From assembly GCA_035519495.1 (NCBI GenBank), contig DATIWE010000056.1, positions 18,657 through 82,656 on the forward strand: DNA of 64,000 nt, in the 5' to 3' direction. This DNA is from Actinomycetota bacterium. GTDB taxonomy: Bacteria > Actinomycetota > UBA4738 > HRBIN12. Position 1 is the stretch's first letter; each line of letters begins with the position of its first letter. The position numbers and the translations under genes were made by a program. This document shows, in pieces, positions 36,729 to 46,171 of this stretch. The notes beneath the pieces are model-generated. The model made no database searches. It was given only the letters and a program-made list of their open reading frames with translations, and was not told where the DNA came from.

Positions 36729-38387
36729 GTGACGCCGAACGACCAGGTTCGCCAGCTCGTCGACCGCTTCTGGCAGGGCTTCCTGGAGCGACAGCCGCTG
36801 GCCGGCACCTACGTCGGCGACGAACGCTTCGACGACCGGCTCCCGGACCCGAGCGAGAACGGTCGCGCGGCCGAGGACACCGCGTGCCGAGGGGCTCTCG
36901 CCGAGCTGGCCGCGATCGACCGGACGCAGCTCGACGAGCCCGCGCAGCTCGACGCGGACGTGCTCGAGGCGGTGTGCGCGCGGTCGCTCGCCGCACTGGA
37001 GCACCGGGTCGATCGGTTCGAGGTCGTGAACCACATGCACGGCGCGGGGACGATGATCGCCCAGATCGCGTCCGTGCAACGGGCGGACACGCCGGAGCGG
37101 CTCGACCGCTACGAGGCGCGCCTCCGCGCATTCCCGGCGTTCCTCGACGCATCGGCCGAGGTGGCGCGCGAGGCCGTCGCGACGGGGGTCGTGACCTCGA
37201 CGATCGTCGCCGAGCGCGCGCTCGCACAGCTCGACCGGATCCTCGCGCTGTCGCCGGAGGATTCGCCGGCGATGCTGCCGCTCGGACCGGACGCCGATCC
37301 GGGGACGCGCGAGCGGTTCGTGTCCGTGGTCCGCGACGTCGTGGCGCCCGCCCATACGCGGTTCCGCGACCTGATGCGCGACGAGTACCTCCCGGCGGCG
37401 ACCGAGACGATCGGCATGACCGCGCTGCCCGGCGGCGCCGGCATGTACGCGGCCGAGATCCTGGGATGGACGTCGCTGCCCCTCGATCCCGCCGACGTCC
37501 ATCGGCTGGGCAACGAGCGGTTCGAGGCGATCCAGGCCGAGCGACGGCAGATCGCGACCGACCTCGGCTACGCGAGCCCGCTCGAGGCGATCACCGCCCA
37601 CAACGCCAGCGGGGCGAACACCGCGGCGACGCCCGACCAGCTCGTCGTCATGGCCGAGGACCAGGTCCGACGGAGCTGGGAGACGGCGCCGTCGTTCTTC
37701 GGCACGCTGCCGAAGGCGAACTGCACGGTCCGCCGCGTGGAGGAGTTCCGCGAGGCCGACGAACCGTTCGCGTTCTACAACCCGCCCACCGAGGACGGCT
37801 CTCGGCCCGGCACGTACTACATCAACACCTACGACCTCCCTGACCGGGCGCTGCATCACGTGGCGAGCGTCACGTACCACGAGGCGAACCCCGGCCATCA
37901 TTTCCAGATCGCGCTCGAACAGGAGATGACCGACCGCTCGGATCTCCGGCGCTTCGGCGGCACGCTCGCCGGCGCGGCGCACTGCGAGGGGTGGGGGCTC
38001 TACGCGGAACGCCTCGCCGACGAGATGGGGCTGTACCTCGACGACTGGGAGCGGCTCGGCATGCTGGACAACCAGGCGCACCGGGCCGCGCGGCTGATCA
38101 CCGACACCGGGATCCACGCGCTCGGGTGGACGCGCGAGGCCGCGATCGACACGCTCGAGGAGGCCGGCCAGACGCATACCGACGCCGTCATCGAGGTCGA
38201 CCGGTACATCGGCATGCCGGGGCAGGCGCTCTGCTACATGATCGGCATGATCGAGATCGAGCGCGCTCGGGAGGCCGCCGCCGCGGCCGCGAACGGCGAC
38301 TTCTCGCTGCGTGCCTTCCACGACCGCGTGCTCGCCACGGGCGAGCTGCCGCTCCCCTCCTTCCGGCGGGTCTTCGGCACCGACTAG
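36729..38387 (+). CDS. DUF885 family metallopeptidase-like protein
   Basis: AGGAGG sits 4 nt before the GTG at 36729. The HExxH-like motif is YHEANPGHHFQ. The length of about 550 aa is typical of DUF885. Confidence 0.7.
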   Translation: MTPNDQVRQLVDRFWQGFLERQPLAGTYVGDERFDDRLPDPSENGRAAEDTACRGALAELAAIDRTQLDEPAQLDADVLEAVCARSLAALEHRVDRFEVVNHMHGAGTMIAQIASVQRADTPERLDRYEARLRAFPAFLDASAEVAREAVATGVVTSTIVAERALAQLDRILALSPEDSPAMLPLGPDADPGTRERFVSVVRDVVAPAHTRFRDLMRDEYLPAATETIGMTALPGGAGMYAAEILGWTSLPLDPADVHRLGNERFEAIQAERRQIATDLGYASPLEAITAHNASGANTAATPDQLVVMAEDQVRRSWETAPSFFGTLPKANCTVRRVEEFREADEPFAFYNPPTEDGSRPGTYYINTYDLPDRALHHVASVTYHEANPGHHFQIALEQEMTDRSDLRRFGGTLAGAAHCEGWGLYAERLADEMGLYLDDWERLGMLDNQAHRAARLITDTGIHALGWTREAAIDTLEEAGQTHTDAVIEVDRYIGMPGQALCYMIGMIEIERAREAAAAAANGDFSLRAFHDRVLATGELPLPSFRRVFGTD

Positions 38388-38397
38388 CGCCATCGCC

Positions 38398-39594
38398 GTG
38401 ACCACGTACTCGGCCGAGGAGCTCGCCGCCGCGGCCGGTACGGACGTTGCGTGGGTCCGCCGCATGACCGAGCTCCATGTCCTCGAGGACGAGGGCGGTC
38501 GCTATCGCGATCAGGACATCGCGCGCGTCCGGATCGCCGAGGCGATGGATCGCGCGGGCATCCGCGTCGACCTCCTGCACGACCTGATCGAGGACGGCCG
38601 CTATTCGATGGCGTGGATCGACGCGATCTTCCCCGATCCGGTGCCGATGGCCGGCATCACGCTGCGGGAGGCGGGCGAACAGCTCGGCCTACCCGCCGAG
38701 CACCTCCCGCGGATCTTCACGATGTCGCTGCAGGTGCCGGCGCCCGAGATGGACGCCGAGATCCGCGCCGACGACCTCGAGTTGCTGCGGATCTTCGGGC
38801 TCATGGCCTCGGTCGCCGAACGCGACCCCGATCGGCTGGTCGCGAGCACCCGGTTCATCGGCGAGAACCTGCGCCGGCTCGCCACGTCGCAGATCGCGTT
38901 CTTCCGCGAGCACGTGGAGCAGCCGATGTTCGACGCCGGCGTGCCGATGAAGGAGGTGCTCGACACGGCCGTCCCGATCGCGAGCGCGATGCTCGAGATC
39001 AGCGACCGGCTGATCTCGCTGATCCACCACCGGCACTTCGAGCACGCCGGCACCGAGGAGATCGTCACCAACATCGAGATCGCGATGGACGAGGCGGGCG
39101 TGCGCCGGCGCGACAGCGGTCGCGACCCCGCGATCGCGTTCCTCGACCTCTCCGACTCCACCAGCATCACGGACGAGCGCGGCGACGCGGCGGCGCTGTC
39201 GATCGCGGAAGGACTCGTCGAGCTCTCCGCCGCGGCGGAGGCCCGCGGCGGCCGAACCGTGAAGTTCCTCGGGGACGGCATCATGTTGCACTTCGCCGAC
39301 CCCGCCCCGATGGCCGAGACCGCGCTGGACCTCGTGGAGACGGCGCCGACGCTCGGCCTGCCGCCGGCGCGCGTCGGCGCGAGCGTCGGACCCGTCCTGC
39401 ACCGTGACGGCGACTACTTCGGGCGCACCGTGATCGTCGCGGCGCGGCTGGCGGGGCACGCGATCGCCGACGAGGTCCTGCTGACCGAGGCGGCGGCGGC
39501 CGCATCCGCGGGGGTCGCGTTCGACGACGCCGGCGCGGCCGAGCTCAAAGGGTTGTCGCGGCCGGTCGCCGTGCGTCGCGCCCGGCGCGCGTGA
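38398..39594 (+). CDS. MerR-like HTH domain fused to class III adenylate/guanylate cyclase domain
   Basis: The N-terminal HTH is YSAEELAAAAGTDVAWVRRMTELHVLE. The C-terminal cyclase core is AFLDLSDSTSI ... VKFLGDGIMLHF ... The GTG start at 38398 is just after the DUF885 stop and its placement is uncertain. Confidence 0.65.
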   Translation: MTTYSAEELAAAAGTDVAWVRRMTELHVLEDEGGRYRDQDIARVRIAEAMDRAGIRVDLLHDLIEDGRYSMAWIDAIFPDPVPMAGITLREAGEQLGLPAEHLPRIFTMSLQVPAPEMDAEIRADDLELLRIFGLMASVAERDPDRLVASTRFIGENLRRLATSQIAFFREHVEQPMFDAGVPMKEVLDTAVPIASAMLEISDRLISLIHHRHFEHAGTEEIVTNIEIAMDEAGVRRRDSGRDPAIAFLDLSDSTSITDERGDAAALSIAEGLVELSAAAEARGGRTVKFLGDGIMLHFADPAPMAETALDLVETAPTLGLPPARVGASVGPVLHRDGDYFGRTVIVAARLAGHAIADEVLLTEAAAAASAGVAFDDAGAAELKGLSRPVAVRRARRA

Positions 39595-39597
39595 GCC

Positions 39598-40779
39598 TCA
39601 CGCGGCGGCGCGCCACGCGTCGCGGATCTTCACCCGCCCGCCGGAGCGGAGGATGGCGCCCATGTACAGGCGAGCCGCCGCCGGAACGAGCAGGATCGTG
39701 CTGGCGATGATCAGCGCGAGCGACAGCGCGATCTGCCACGCCGGCGCCGCGCCGAGCACCATCCGGACCGGCATCGCGAGCGGCGCGGAGGTCGGCACCA
39801 GCGAGGCGACGGTCACCAGCGTGCCGTCCGGGTTCTGGAGCGCGCCGATCGAGATGAAGAACGACACCAGGATGATGAGGTTGATCGGCACGATCACGTT
39901 CTGAAGCTCCTCCATGCGCGAGGCGAGCGCCCCGGCGGCCGCGAACAGCGATGCGTAGAACGCGAAGCCGAGGATGAACCATCCGACGACGAGTCCCGCC
40001 GCGCCGATCGCGCTGAGCGGCACCTTGATCGCCCCCGTGACCAGCGCCAGCACGATCGCGAACGTCGCCACCACGATCAGCTGACCGAGCCCCAGGACCC
40101 CGATGCCGACGATCTTCCCCGCGAGGAGCTGCTTCGGTCGGATCGCCGACAGGAGCAGTTCCACGACGCGCGAGGCCTTCTCCTCGATCACGCCACTCGC
40201 GACCCAGATCCCGTAGCCGAAGAGCTGCCCGTAGAGCAGGATGACGGCGACGAACGCGACCTGGGCGTTCTCGGGACGGTGCGCCGGCGGCGGGGGCTCG
40301 AGGGTCTGCACCCCGAGCGGCGCGTTCGCCTCCGAGCGCTCCTCGGCCGTGACGCCGTGCTGATCCAGCAGCGCCGCGAGCCGCACGTTGCGCTCCGACG
40401 CTTGGACGAGGCCGCCCAGCGTGGTATCGATCGAGCTCTTCGCAACGAGCAGGTCGCCGACAACGACCGCGTCGATCGACCCGTCGCGCAGCGCGGCGTC
40501 CGCCGCCTGCTCATCGGTGAGCTGATGCACGCGCACGGTGACGCCGGCCTTCGCGCCCAGCTCGGCCGCGCCCTGCGCCACGGCCGGCCCCCCGACGTAC
40601 CCCAGGTCGAACGACGGGCCCGCGCCGCCGCCGCCGTAGGCACGTGCCAGGACCAGGATCGAGATCACCGCGATGTTCAGCAGCGTCGAGATCAGGAAGC
40701 TGCGCTCGCGCAGGCGCACCCAGAAGTCCCGTCGCGCGATCAGTCGCCAGGCGCCCCGATCGGTCGTGGACTCGGTCAT
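39598..40779 (-). CDS. ABC-2 family transporter permease
   Basis: MTESTTDRGAWRL... with six TM segments in the C-terminal half. There is a 4-nt overlap with the upstream ATPase gene. Confidence 0.75.
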   Translation of the reverse strand: MTESTTDRGAWRLIARRDFWVRLRERSFLISTLLNIAVISILVLARAYGGGGAGPSFDLGYVGGPAVAQGAAELGAKAGVTVRVHQLTDEQAADAALRDGSIDAVVVGDLLVAKSSIDTTLGGLVQASERNVRLAALLDQHGVTAEERSEANAPLGVQTLEPPPPAHRPENAQVAFVAVILLYGQLFGYGIWVASGVIEEKASRVVELLLSAIRPKQLLAGKIVGIGVLGLGQLIVVATFAIVLALVTGAIKVPLSAIGAAGLVVGWFILGFAFYASLFAAAGALASRMEELQNVIVPINLIILVSFFISIGALQNPDGTLVTVASLVPTSAPLAMPVRMVLGAAPAWQIALSLALIIASTILLVPAAARLYMGAILRSGGRVKIRDAWRAAA

Positions 40780-41669
40780 CCGGCCACCACCTCGCGGAAC
40801 AGCTGCGCCAGGCTCGGCTCGATCGGGCCGAACGCACGCACGTCGCCCTCGGCCCGCGCCAGATCGAGCACGCGCTGCGGATCGGCGCCGTCGTCCAGCT
40901 CGAGGATCACGACGCCGTCGTTGCGGTCGTCCAGCCGGACGCCGGGGATCGCGGCCCACCACGCGTCGCCGGCGCCGGCCACCTCGACCCGCCAGAGGTT
41001 CCGCGCGCGCATCGCGCGCAGCTCCGAGATCGTGCCGCTCGCGACGACCCTGCCGCCGTCGATCAGAACCACCGCGTCGCACAGGCGCTCGACGAGCTCG
41101 AGCTGGTGGCTCGAGAACACCACGGCCACGCCGCGCTCCCGCGCCTCGCGCTGCAGGACGCCGGCCAGCACGTCGACGCCGACCGGATCGAGCCCCGAGA
41201 ACGGCTCGTCGAGGACCAGCAGGTCGGGCGCGTGCACGAGCGAGGCCGCCAACTGCACCCGTTGCTGGTTCCCGAGCGAGAGCGACTCCATGCGGGCCTG
41301 CGGGTCGCCGATCACCTCGAGCACCTCGAGGAGTTCGAGCGCGCGCGCCCGCGCGACGTCCTTCGGCGTGCCGCGCAGCCGCGCGAGGTACACGAGCTGT
41401 TCGAGCACGTGCATCTTCGGGTAGAGCCCACGCTCCTCCGGCATGTACCCGAAGCGCCTGCGCGCGTCGGCGTCGACCGGCGCATCGCGCCAGCGCACCT
41501 CGCCATCGTCGGCCTCGAGGACGCCGAGCGTGATCCGCATCGTCGTCGTCTTCCCGGATCCGTTGCGACCCACGAAACCGACGATCCGGCCTTCCGGAAC
41601 GTCGAAGGAAAGGCCGTCGAGCGCGACCACGTCGCCGAACCGGCGGCGGAGTTCGATCAGCTGCAACAC
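40776..41669 (-). CDS. ABC transporter ATP-binding protein
   Basis: Walker A is GRNGSGKTT, the signature is LSLGNQQRV, and Walker B is LLVLDEPFSGLD. The start is a GTG. Confidence 0.85.
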   Translation of the reverse strand: MLQLIELRRRFGDVVALDGLSFDVPEGRIVGFVGRNGSGKTTTMRITLGVLEADDGEVRWRDAPVDADARRRFGYMPEERGLYPKMHVLEQLVYLARLRGTPKDVARARALELLEVLEVIGDPQARMESLSLGNQQRVQLAASLVHAPDLLVLDEPFSGLDPVGVDVLAGVLQREARERGVAVVFSSHQLELVERLCDAVVLIDGGRVVASGTISELRAMRARNLWRVEVAGAGDAWWAAIPGVRLDDRNDGVVILELDDGADPQRVLDLARAEGDVRAFGPIEPSLAQLFREVVAG

Positions 41670-41713
41670 GGGCGCGCCCAGGATAGGTCAGGAACCGCCC
41701 GCGACCGGCGAAG

Positions 41714-44056
41714 CTAGGCGGCGGTCGAACCCGTCGCCACGCCGGCGCGATCCAGCGCGACCTCCAGCGCCTCGCGGACGTCGCCGACCAGATGGAAGGT
41801 CATGTCTCCGCGTACGCGCTCGGGCACGTCGTCCAGATCGCCCTCGTTCCGCTTCGGCAGGATCACCGTCGTCAGCCCAGCTCGGTGCGCGGCGAGCACC
41901 TTCTGCTTGACGCCACCGATCGGGAGCACACGTCCCTGCAGCGTCACCTCGCCGGTCATGCCGACCTCGGGCCGGACCGTCTCGCCGCGGAGCAGCGACA
42001 CGAGCGCGGTCGTCATCGTAACGCCGGCGCTCGGGCCATCCTTCGGCACGGCGCCAGCCGGAACGTGCAGGTGGAACCGACCCTTCAGCTGCGCGGCATC
42101 GATCGAGAGCGCGGCCGCGTGCGATCGCACATACGAAAGGGCGATCTGCGCGGACTCCTTCATCACGTCGCCCAATTGCCCCGTGAGCGTCAGCCCCTCG
42201 CCCTCGTCCTCGCGGGTCGCCTCGATGAACAACACGTCGCCACCGCTGCCCGTCACCGCGAGCCCCGTCGCGACGCCCGGGACGCTGGTGCGCTCCGCCA
42301 TCTCCTCGAGCGAGAACCGCTCGCGGCCGAGGTAGGCGCGCACCTCCTCGCGGCCCACGCTCACGGGCGCCAGCGTCTCGTCGGCCGCCAGCTTCGTGGC
42401 GACCTTCCGCAGCACCTTGCCCAGCTCGCGTTCGAGGTTGCGGACGCCGGCCTCGCGCGTGTACGCGGTCACGATCTCGCGGAGCGCGTCGTCGCTCAGC
42501 TCGACCTCGTCGGGGCGCAAGCCGTTGCGCTCCGTCTGGCGCGGCAGGAGGTGCAGCCGGGCGATCGCGACCTTCTCGTCCTCGGTGTAGCCGTCGAGTC
42601 GGATGACCTCCATCCGGTCAAGCAGCGGCCCCGGGATCGTCTCGGCGACGTTCCCGGTTGCCACGAACAGGACCTCCGACAGGTCGAGATCGACGTCGAG
42701 GTAGTGATCGCGGAACGTGTGGTTCTGCGCGGGATCGAGCACCTCGAGCAGCGCCGCCGAGGGGTCGCCGCGCCAGTCGGCGCCGACCTTGTCGATCTCG
42801 TCCAGCATCATCACCGGGTTCTTCGTGCCGGCGTCCTTCAGCGCGCGCACGATGCGCCCCGGCAGCGCGCCGACGTACGTCCGCCGGTGCCCCCGGATCT
42901 CGGCCTCGTCGTGGACGCCGCCCAGGGACACGCGGACGAACCTCCGTCCGAGCGCGCGGGCGACCGACTCGCCGAGCGAGGTCTTGCCCACGCCGGGAGG
43001 TCCGACGAGCGTCAGGATCACGCCCGAGCCGCGGCCACCGGTTTCCGTCAAGCCGCGGTCGGCGCGCAGCTTGCGCACGGCGAGGTACTCGACGATGCGG
43101 TCCTTCACGTCCTCGAGGCCCTCGTGATCCTCGTCGAGGATCCGGCGCGCCCCAACGATGTCGAGGTTGTCGTCGGTCCGCACGTCCCACGGGAGCTCGG
43201 TTATCCAGTCGAGGTAGGTCCGGATCCATCCGTACTCCGGCGACTGCTCGGACGTGCGCTCGAGGCGACCGAGCTCACGCTCGGCCTGCTCGCGCACGTC
43301 GTCGGGCATGCCGGCGCTCGCGATCTTGTCGCGGAAGGTCTGGATGACGTCCTCGCTGCCGTCCTCCCCGAGCTCCTTGCGGATCGCGCTCATCTGCTCG
43401 CGGAGGATGGCCTCACGCTGCCGCTGCTCGAGGCTGTCGGTCACGTCTCCGCGGATCTTCTCCTTCAGCTCGGTCTCGGCCAGGGTGTCCCTCGCCCAGC
43501 CGAGCACGAGCTCCAGACGCTCCTCGACGTCGAGCGTCTCGAGGATCTCCACCTTCTGCTCGAACGACAGGTCGGGCGAGTAGCCGGCGGTGTCCGCCAT
43601 CTGTCCGGGTTCGTTGATGCCGCGGAGGAACTCGGCGATCGCGGGAACGCCGCGGGCCTCCACGATGCCTTCGATCGTGGCGCGATACTCGCGCGCCAGG
43701 GCGCGCGTCCGCTCGGTCGCCTGCTCGTCCTCGACCGGCTCGACCTGGACCCAGGTCGCCTCACCCGTTCCCGGCACGCCCACGCCGACCTCGGCCCGGC
43801 GGAGCCCGCGGATCACGATCGCCTCGGTGCCGCCGCGGAGGCTGCCGATGTCCTCGATCTTCCCGATCGTGCCGACCCGCGCGTAACGGCCGTCCAGGCG
43901 TGGGACGAGCAGCAGCAGACGCTCCTCCCCAGCCGCGGCGTCGACCGCGGCTCGCGCCTCCGGCGATTCCAACGTCAAGGTGACGACCATCCCCGGCAGC
44001 ACGACGCCGGTGGTCAGCGGCAACAGGGGGAGGACAAGGGTGTCGATCTCGGGCAT
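41714..44056 (-). CDS. lon: ATP-dependent Lon protease (endopeptidase La)
   Basis: 780 aa. The LonN domain starts LPLLPLTTGVVLPGMVV. AAA+ Walker A is GPPGVGKTS. The protease domain Ser is in PKDGPSAGVTM, with the Lys downstream. Confidence 0.9.
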   Translation of the reverse strand: MPEIDTLVLPLLPLTTGVVLPGMVVTLTLESPEARAAVDAAAGEERLLLLVPRLDGRYARVGTIGKIEDIGSLRGGTEAIVIRGLRRAEVGVGVPGTGEATWVQVEPVEDEQATERTRALAREYRATIEGIVEARGVPAIAEFLRGINEPGQMADTAGYSPDLSFEQKVEILETLDVEERLELVLGWARDTLAETELKEKIRGDVTDSLEQRQREAILREQMSAIRKELGEDGSEDVIQTFRDKIASAGMPDDVREQAERELGRLERTSEQSPEYGWIRTYLDWITELPWDVRTDDNLDIVGARRILDEDHEGLEDVKDRIVEYLAVRKLRADRGLTETGGRGSGVILTLVGPPGVGKTSLGESVARALGRRFVRVSLGGVHDEAEIRGHRRTYVGALPGRIVRALKDAGTKNPVMMLDEIDKVGADWRGDPSAALLEVLDPAQNHTFRDHYLDVDLDLSEVLFVATGNVAETIPGPLLDRMEVIRLDGYTEDEKVAIARLHLLPRQTERNGLRPDEVELSDDALREIVTAYTREAGVRNLERELGKVLRKVATKLAADETLAPVSVGREEVRAYLGRERFSLEEMAERTSVPGVATGLAVTGSGGDVLFIEATREDEGEGLTLTGQLGDVMKESAQIALSYVRSHAAALSIDAAQLKGRFHLHVPAGAVPKDGPSAGVTMTTALVSLLRGETVRPEVGMTGEVTLQGRVLPIGGVKQKVLAAHRAGLTTVILPKRNEGDLDDVPERVRGDMTFHLVGDVREALEVALDRAGVATGSTAA

Positions 44057-44127
44057 CTCGTGGCTCCTTCAAGCTGGAACGGTCTGCACCTGCAAGAACG
44101 GCCGGCTCGGCGCCGGCATTCCCGATA

Positions 44128-44143
44128 GGTAATCTTCATTACA
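44128..44143. promoter_or_regulatory. AT-rich inverted repeat GTAAT-CTTC-ATTAC in lon/ABC divergent intergenic region
   Basis: This is the only AT-rich patch in the 180-nt divergent region. It is a perfect 5-nt inverted repeat with a 4-nt spacer, about 75 nt upstream of the lon start. It is a candidate operator or promoter element. Confidence 0.3.
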
Positions 44144-44236
44144 CCATGAGGGCTGGTTGAAGCGTTCCCGCAGGTCAGAGGCTCCTCGAGAGCGCGTGTG
44201 CCACCTGTCGGCGACGCTCGGTAGGCTGGGCGCCCC

Positions 44237-45253
44237 ATGGGGGACGCCATCATCCGCACCGAGGGCCTCGCGAAGTCGTTCGGGGACGTCCATGCGCTCA
44301 AGGGGATCGACCTCGAGGTCGCCCAAGGCACCGTGTTCGGCTTGCTCGGCCCCAACGGCGCCGGCAAGACGACGGCCGTCCGCATCCTGACGACGCTCCT
44401 ACTCCCCGATGCGGGCCGGGCCGAGGTGGCCGGGCTCGACGTGGTACGCGACGCCGAGGCACTCCGCAGCCGGATCGGCCTGGCCGGCCAGTCCGCCGCG
44501 GTCGACGAGAACCTGACCGGTCTGGAGAACCTCGAGATGGTCGGGCGGCTCTACCACCTCCCCGGCCGGGAGGCCCGACGGCGCGCCAATGAGGTCCTGG
44601 AGCGCTTCGGACTGGCCGACGCGGGCCGCCGACTCGCGAAGACCTACTCCGGCGGCATGCGGCGACGCCTCGACGTGGGCGCGAGCCTCGTGGCCCGTCC
44701 CGACATCCTCTTCCTCGACGAGCCGACCACCGGCCTGGACCCACGGAGCCGGATCGACCTGTGGGAGCTGATCCGCGAGCTCGTCCGCGAGGGGAAGACG
44801 ATGCTCCTGACCACCCAGTACCTCGAGGAGGCCGACCAGCTCACCGACCGGATCGCGATGGTCGACCTCGGGACCGTGATCGCCGAAGGCACCGCCGACG
44901 AACTCAAAGCGCAGATCGGCGGGGAGGTCTTGGAGGTCCACGTGGCGGATACGATCCAGGCCGGGGTCGCCGCCGGCACGTTGAAAGGCGTCGGCGCCGG
45001 CGATCCCAGCGTCGATGCGGAGGCCGGGATCGTCCGCGTCCCGGTCGGGCAGGCCGGACCGGAGGCGCTGCTCGACTCGGTCCGACGACTCGACGACGCG
45101 CGGATCGTGGTCGACGACATCGCGCTGCACCGGCCCACCCTCGACGACGCGTTCCTCGCGCTCACGGGCCACGCGGCCGAGGAGGCGGCGACGGAGGAGT
45201 CGGCTCCAAAGCGGGGGCGGCGGCGGCGCTCGAAGGAGGGAGACGAGCGATGA
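44237..45253 (+). CDS. ABC transporter ATP-binding protein (DrrA-like)
   Basis: Walker A is GPNGAGKTT, the signature is YSGGMRRRL, and Walker B is ILFLDEPTTGLD. A C-terminal extension is present, as in DrrA. Confidence 0.85.
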   Translation: MGDAIIRTEGLAKSFGDVHALKGIDLEVAQGTVFGLLGPNGAGKTTAVRILTTLLLPDAGRAEVAGLDVVRDAEALRSRIGLAGQSAAVDENLTGLENLEMVGRLYHLPGREARRRANEVLERFGLADAGRRLAKTYSGGMRRRLDVGASLVARPDILFLDEPTTGLDPRSRIDLWELIRELVREGKTMLLTTQYLEEADQLTDRIAMVDLGTVIAEGTADELKAQIGGEVLEVHVADTIQAGVAAGTLKGVGAGDPSVDAEAGIVRVPVGQAGPEALLDSVRRLDDARIVVDDIALHRPTLDDAFLALTGHAAEEAATEESAPKRGRRRRSKEGDER

Positions 45254-46083
45254 GCATCGCGATCGAACCGTCCACGCGCGTCGAGTCGGGCACGCGCCTG
45301 CGCCACTTCGTCTCGGACAGCACGGTCGCCGTCTGGCGCAACCTGCTGCAGATCTCCCGCGTGCCCACCGTGATGATCTTCGAACTGCTGCAGCCCATCA
45401 TGTTCGTGCTGCTGTTCAGCTGGGTGTTCGCGCGCAACATCGCGAACCTGCCCGGCGACATCACCTACGTGGAGTTCCTGATGCCCGGCATCTTCGTGCA
45501 GAACGCGATCTTCGGGGCCACCACCACCGCGGTCGGGCTGGCGGAGGATCTGAAGAAAGGCATCATCGACCGGTTCCGCTCCCTCCCGATGGCCCGCTCG
45601 GCAGTGCTGGTGGGCCGGACCGTGGCCGACGTCGGGAAGAACTTCGTGCTCGTGCTCCTCGTGATCGTGGTCGGTTACCTCGTGGGGTTCAGGTTCGAGA
45701 ACGGCCTCCCGGGCGCCGTGGGCACGGTGCTCCTCGTGCTCGCGATCGGGTTCGCCTTCTCGTGGATCTCCGCGACGGTCGCCCTCACCCTGAAGGAGGT
45801 CGAGGCGGTGCAGGCCGCGATGTTCACCGGCGTCTTCCCGATCGTCTTCGTGAGCTCGGCGTTCGTCCCGGTGGCGGGCATGGCGAACTGGCTCCAGCCG
45901 ATCGCCGAGCACAACCCGGTCACGATCTGGGCCAACACCGCGCGCGTCCTGTCCATCGGCGATCCCGTGATGCCTGCGGGCGCATCGCTCCCGAGCATGA
46001 TCGCGCAGTCGACGGCCTGGATCGCCGGGCTCCTCCTCGTCTTCGTCCCGCTGGCGATCCGGCAATATCGCAAACTGACCTAA
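45250..46083 (+). CDS. ABC-2 type transporter permease (DrrB-like)
   Basis: Its ATG overlaps the ATPase stop (ATGA). The protein has six TM segments. Confidence 0.8.
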   Translation: MSIAIEPSTRVESGTRLRHFVSDSTVAVWRNLLQISRVPTVMIFELLQPIMFVLLFSWVFARNIANLPGDITYVEFLMPGIFVQNAIFGATTTAVGLAEDLKKGIIDRFRSLPMARSAVLVGRTVADVGKNFVLVLLVIVVGYLVGFRFENGLPGAVGTVLLVLAIGFAFSWISATVALTLKEVEAVQAAMFTGVFPIVFVSSAFVPVAGMANWLQPIAEHNPVTIWANTARVLSIGDPVMPAGASLPSMIAQSTAWIAGLLLVFVPLAIRQYRKLT

Positions 46084-46171
46084 GCTCGGAGGCTCGGGAA
46101 CAGAACGACCCCGCGGGCGGTTGGCCCCAGGAACGCTGCCCCGCGACAGCTCGGATCGGAAGGGAGTCCCG

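Noticed and set aside
35847-38387. 846-aa plus-strand ORF
   Set aside because: Its first about 880 nt are antisense to the InhA-like gene and lack domain features. DUF885 homology starts at the GTG at 36729, which has a perfect AGGAGG RBS.
41792-44128. 778-aa plus-strand ORF antisense to lon
   Set aside because: It is a shadow ORF of a highly conserved Lon protease gene.
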